A stretch of 63,147 bases of DNA, the filler included, from Parasitella parasitica NRRL 2501 (taxonomy: Eukaryota > Fungi > Mucoromycota): NCBI GenBank assembly GCA_025201805.1. It is 5 parts of 5 records of this genome, joined end to end, with 100 filler letters (N's around TTAATTAATTAA, not from the genome) between each part and the next. Parts side by side here need not be neighbours in the genome. Positions count along the whole stretch, not along the records: positions 61,693 to 63,147 come from MU619301.1; 4 more parts are not named here. One strand, given 5' to 3'. This document shows positions 62,346 through 63,147 of this stretch, one piece after another; position 1 is the stretch's first letter; each line of letters begins with the position of its first letter. The position numbers and the translations under genes are program-made. The notes below the pieces were generated by a model. That model saw nothing but the letters and a program-made list of their open reading frames with translations, was not told the DNA's origin and did no database searches.

Positions 62346-63147
62346 ATCGATAAGAATAATTTGGGGCGAAGTGTTGTGCCTGAGATTCAACTGGGGTATT
62401 CCCACAATTATGCAAAGTTTTATACCGTGGTTACACTCATTATAAATCCTTTATAACACAAGGCTATTATACTCTTTCTCAAAACTGCTCTCCTTCTTCT
62501 AGTATAACTGTTTTACGATTACTTGCACTAGCAACACAGGGCTGGTAATTGGTTCTATCTGGTGCAAGTTTATTAAGCCTTGATTCCACGATCATGTAAC
62601 CGACGTTAGTGAAGTGAACAAGACTAGATTCCCATCATAAAATATTGTCATCTTCCCAACATTAAAAGCTATGACTACAAAGATAAACAAATATAGTAGG
62701 GATAGAAATTGACATATGTCAAATAGCATGTTGTACCACAAACTAAAGCCTGAAAAGAAACAATTCATCAAACAATGAAAGCTTCCTAATCGCATGAATA
62801 AGAATTATGTTTCAAATGCCGTCCTTGATCCATCGTTAGATCAACAACGTCAATAAACAACTCAATAATATTCACACTCACGTAAGATTAGAATAGCTAC
62901 GATAGAATTATTTTATTGACCTTGTAATGAAATGGCACCTATTATATAGCACCACAATTACATTAAAATAAAATCCAGATGGATCATGGCTGATCCATCC
63001 AAGAAAGAAATACATGAAAAGCACAAGTAAACATTAACAAGTGTTGGTAGAGGCTTGCACTCCTGATCAAAGTACAATCTCCTACAACCCTGGCACATGC
63101 TAATGTTGAACAACGCTACTCATAATTACAAATAAACAAATTCTAAA

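Overview
This is eukaryotic, intron-containing fungal DNA. The short GT-AG introns, gene repertoire and transposon types point to an early-diverging fungus, most likely Mucorales (inference; the species cannot be determined here). The window has two compartments. Positions ~400-50,400 are gene-dense, with about 22 genes: aldo-keto reductase, JJJ1/DNAJC21, ITFG1/LINKIN, Mtf1-like, a C2+CBM5/12 protein, Arx1/PA2G4, an unknown Pro-rich/helical protein, a Puf4/5-type Pumilio, DIS3L2, a 4CL-like ligase plus a decayed tandem copy, RPL11, BAG1, an APC permease, a peroxisomal SDR, a bacterial-type AsnB amidotransferase, GlcN-6-P deaminase, HIS2, DAHP synthase, an Eps15/Ede1-like protein, NPC2 and a WG-motif protein. 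Positions ~50,400-63,147 are AT-rich, gapped and full of degraded transposons: Helitron-like zinc-knuckle remnants, a dead DD34E Tc1 element with perfect TIRs, an internally deleted Ty3/gypsy element with a self-priming signature, two long inverted-repeat pairs and LINE fragments. The window opens with what looks like the 3' end of a piggyBac element whose TTAA target overlaps the AKR stop codon. The best leads for new biology are (i) an uncharacterised WG/GW-repeat protein (Argonaute-hook candidate), (ii) a signal-peptide-less C2 / Gly-rich helix / chitin-binding protein, (iii) a bacterial-type AsnB amidotransferase in a nitrogen/aromatic metabolism neighbourhood, and (iv) four convergent gene pairs with under 40 bp between stop codons. 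Exon boundaries were read by eye. Family calls rest on recognised motifs, not database searches.
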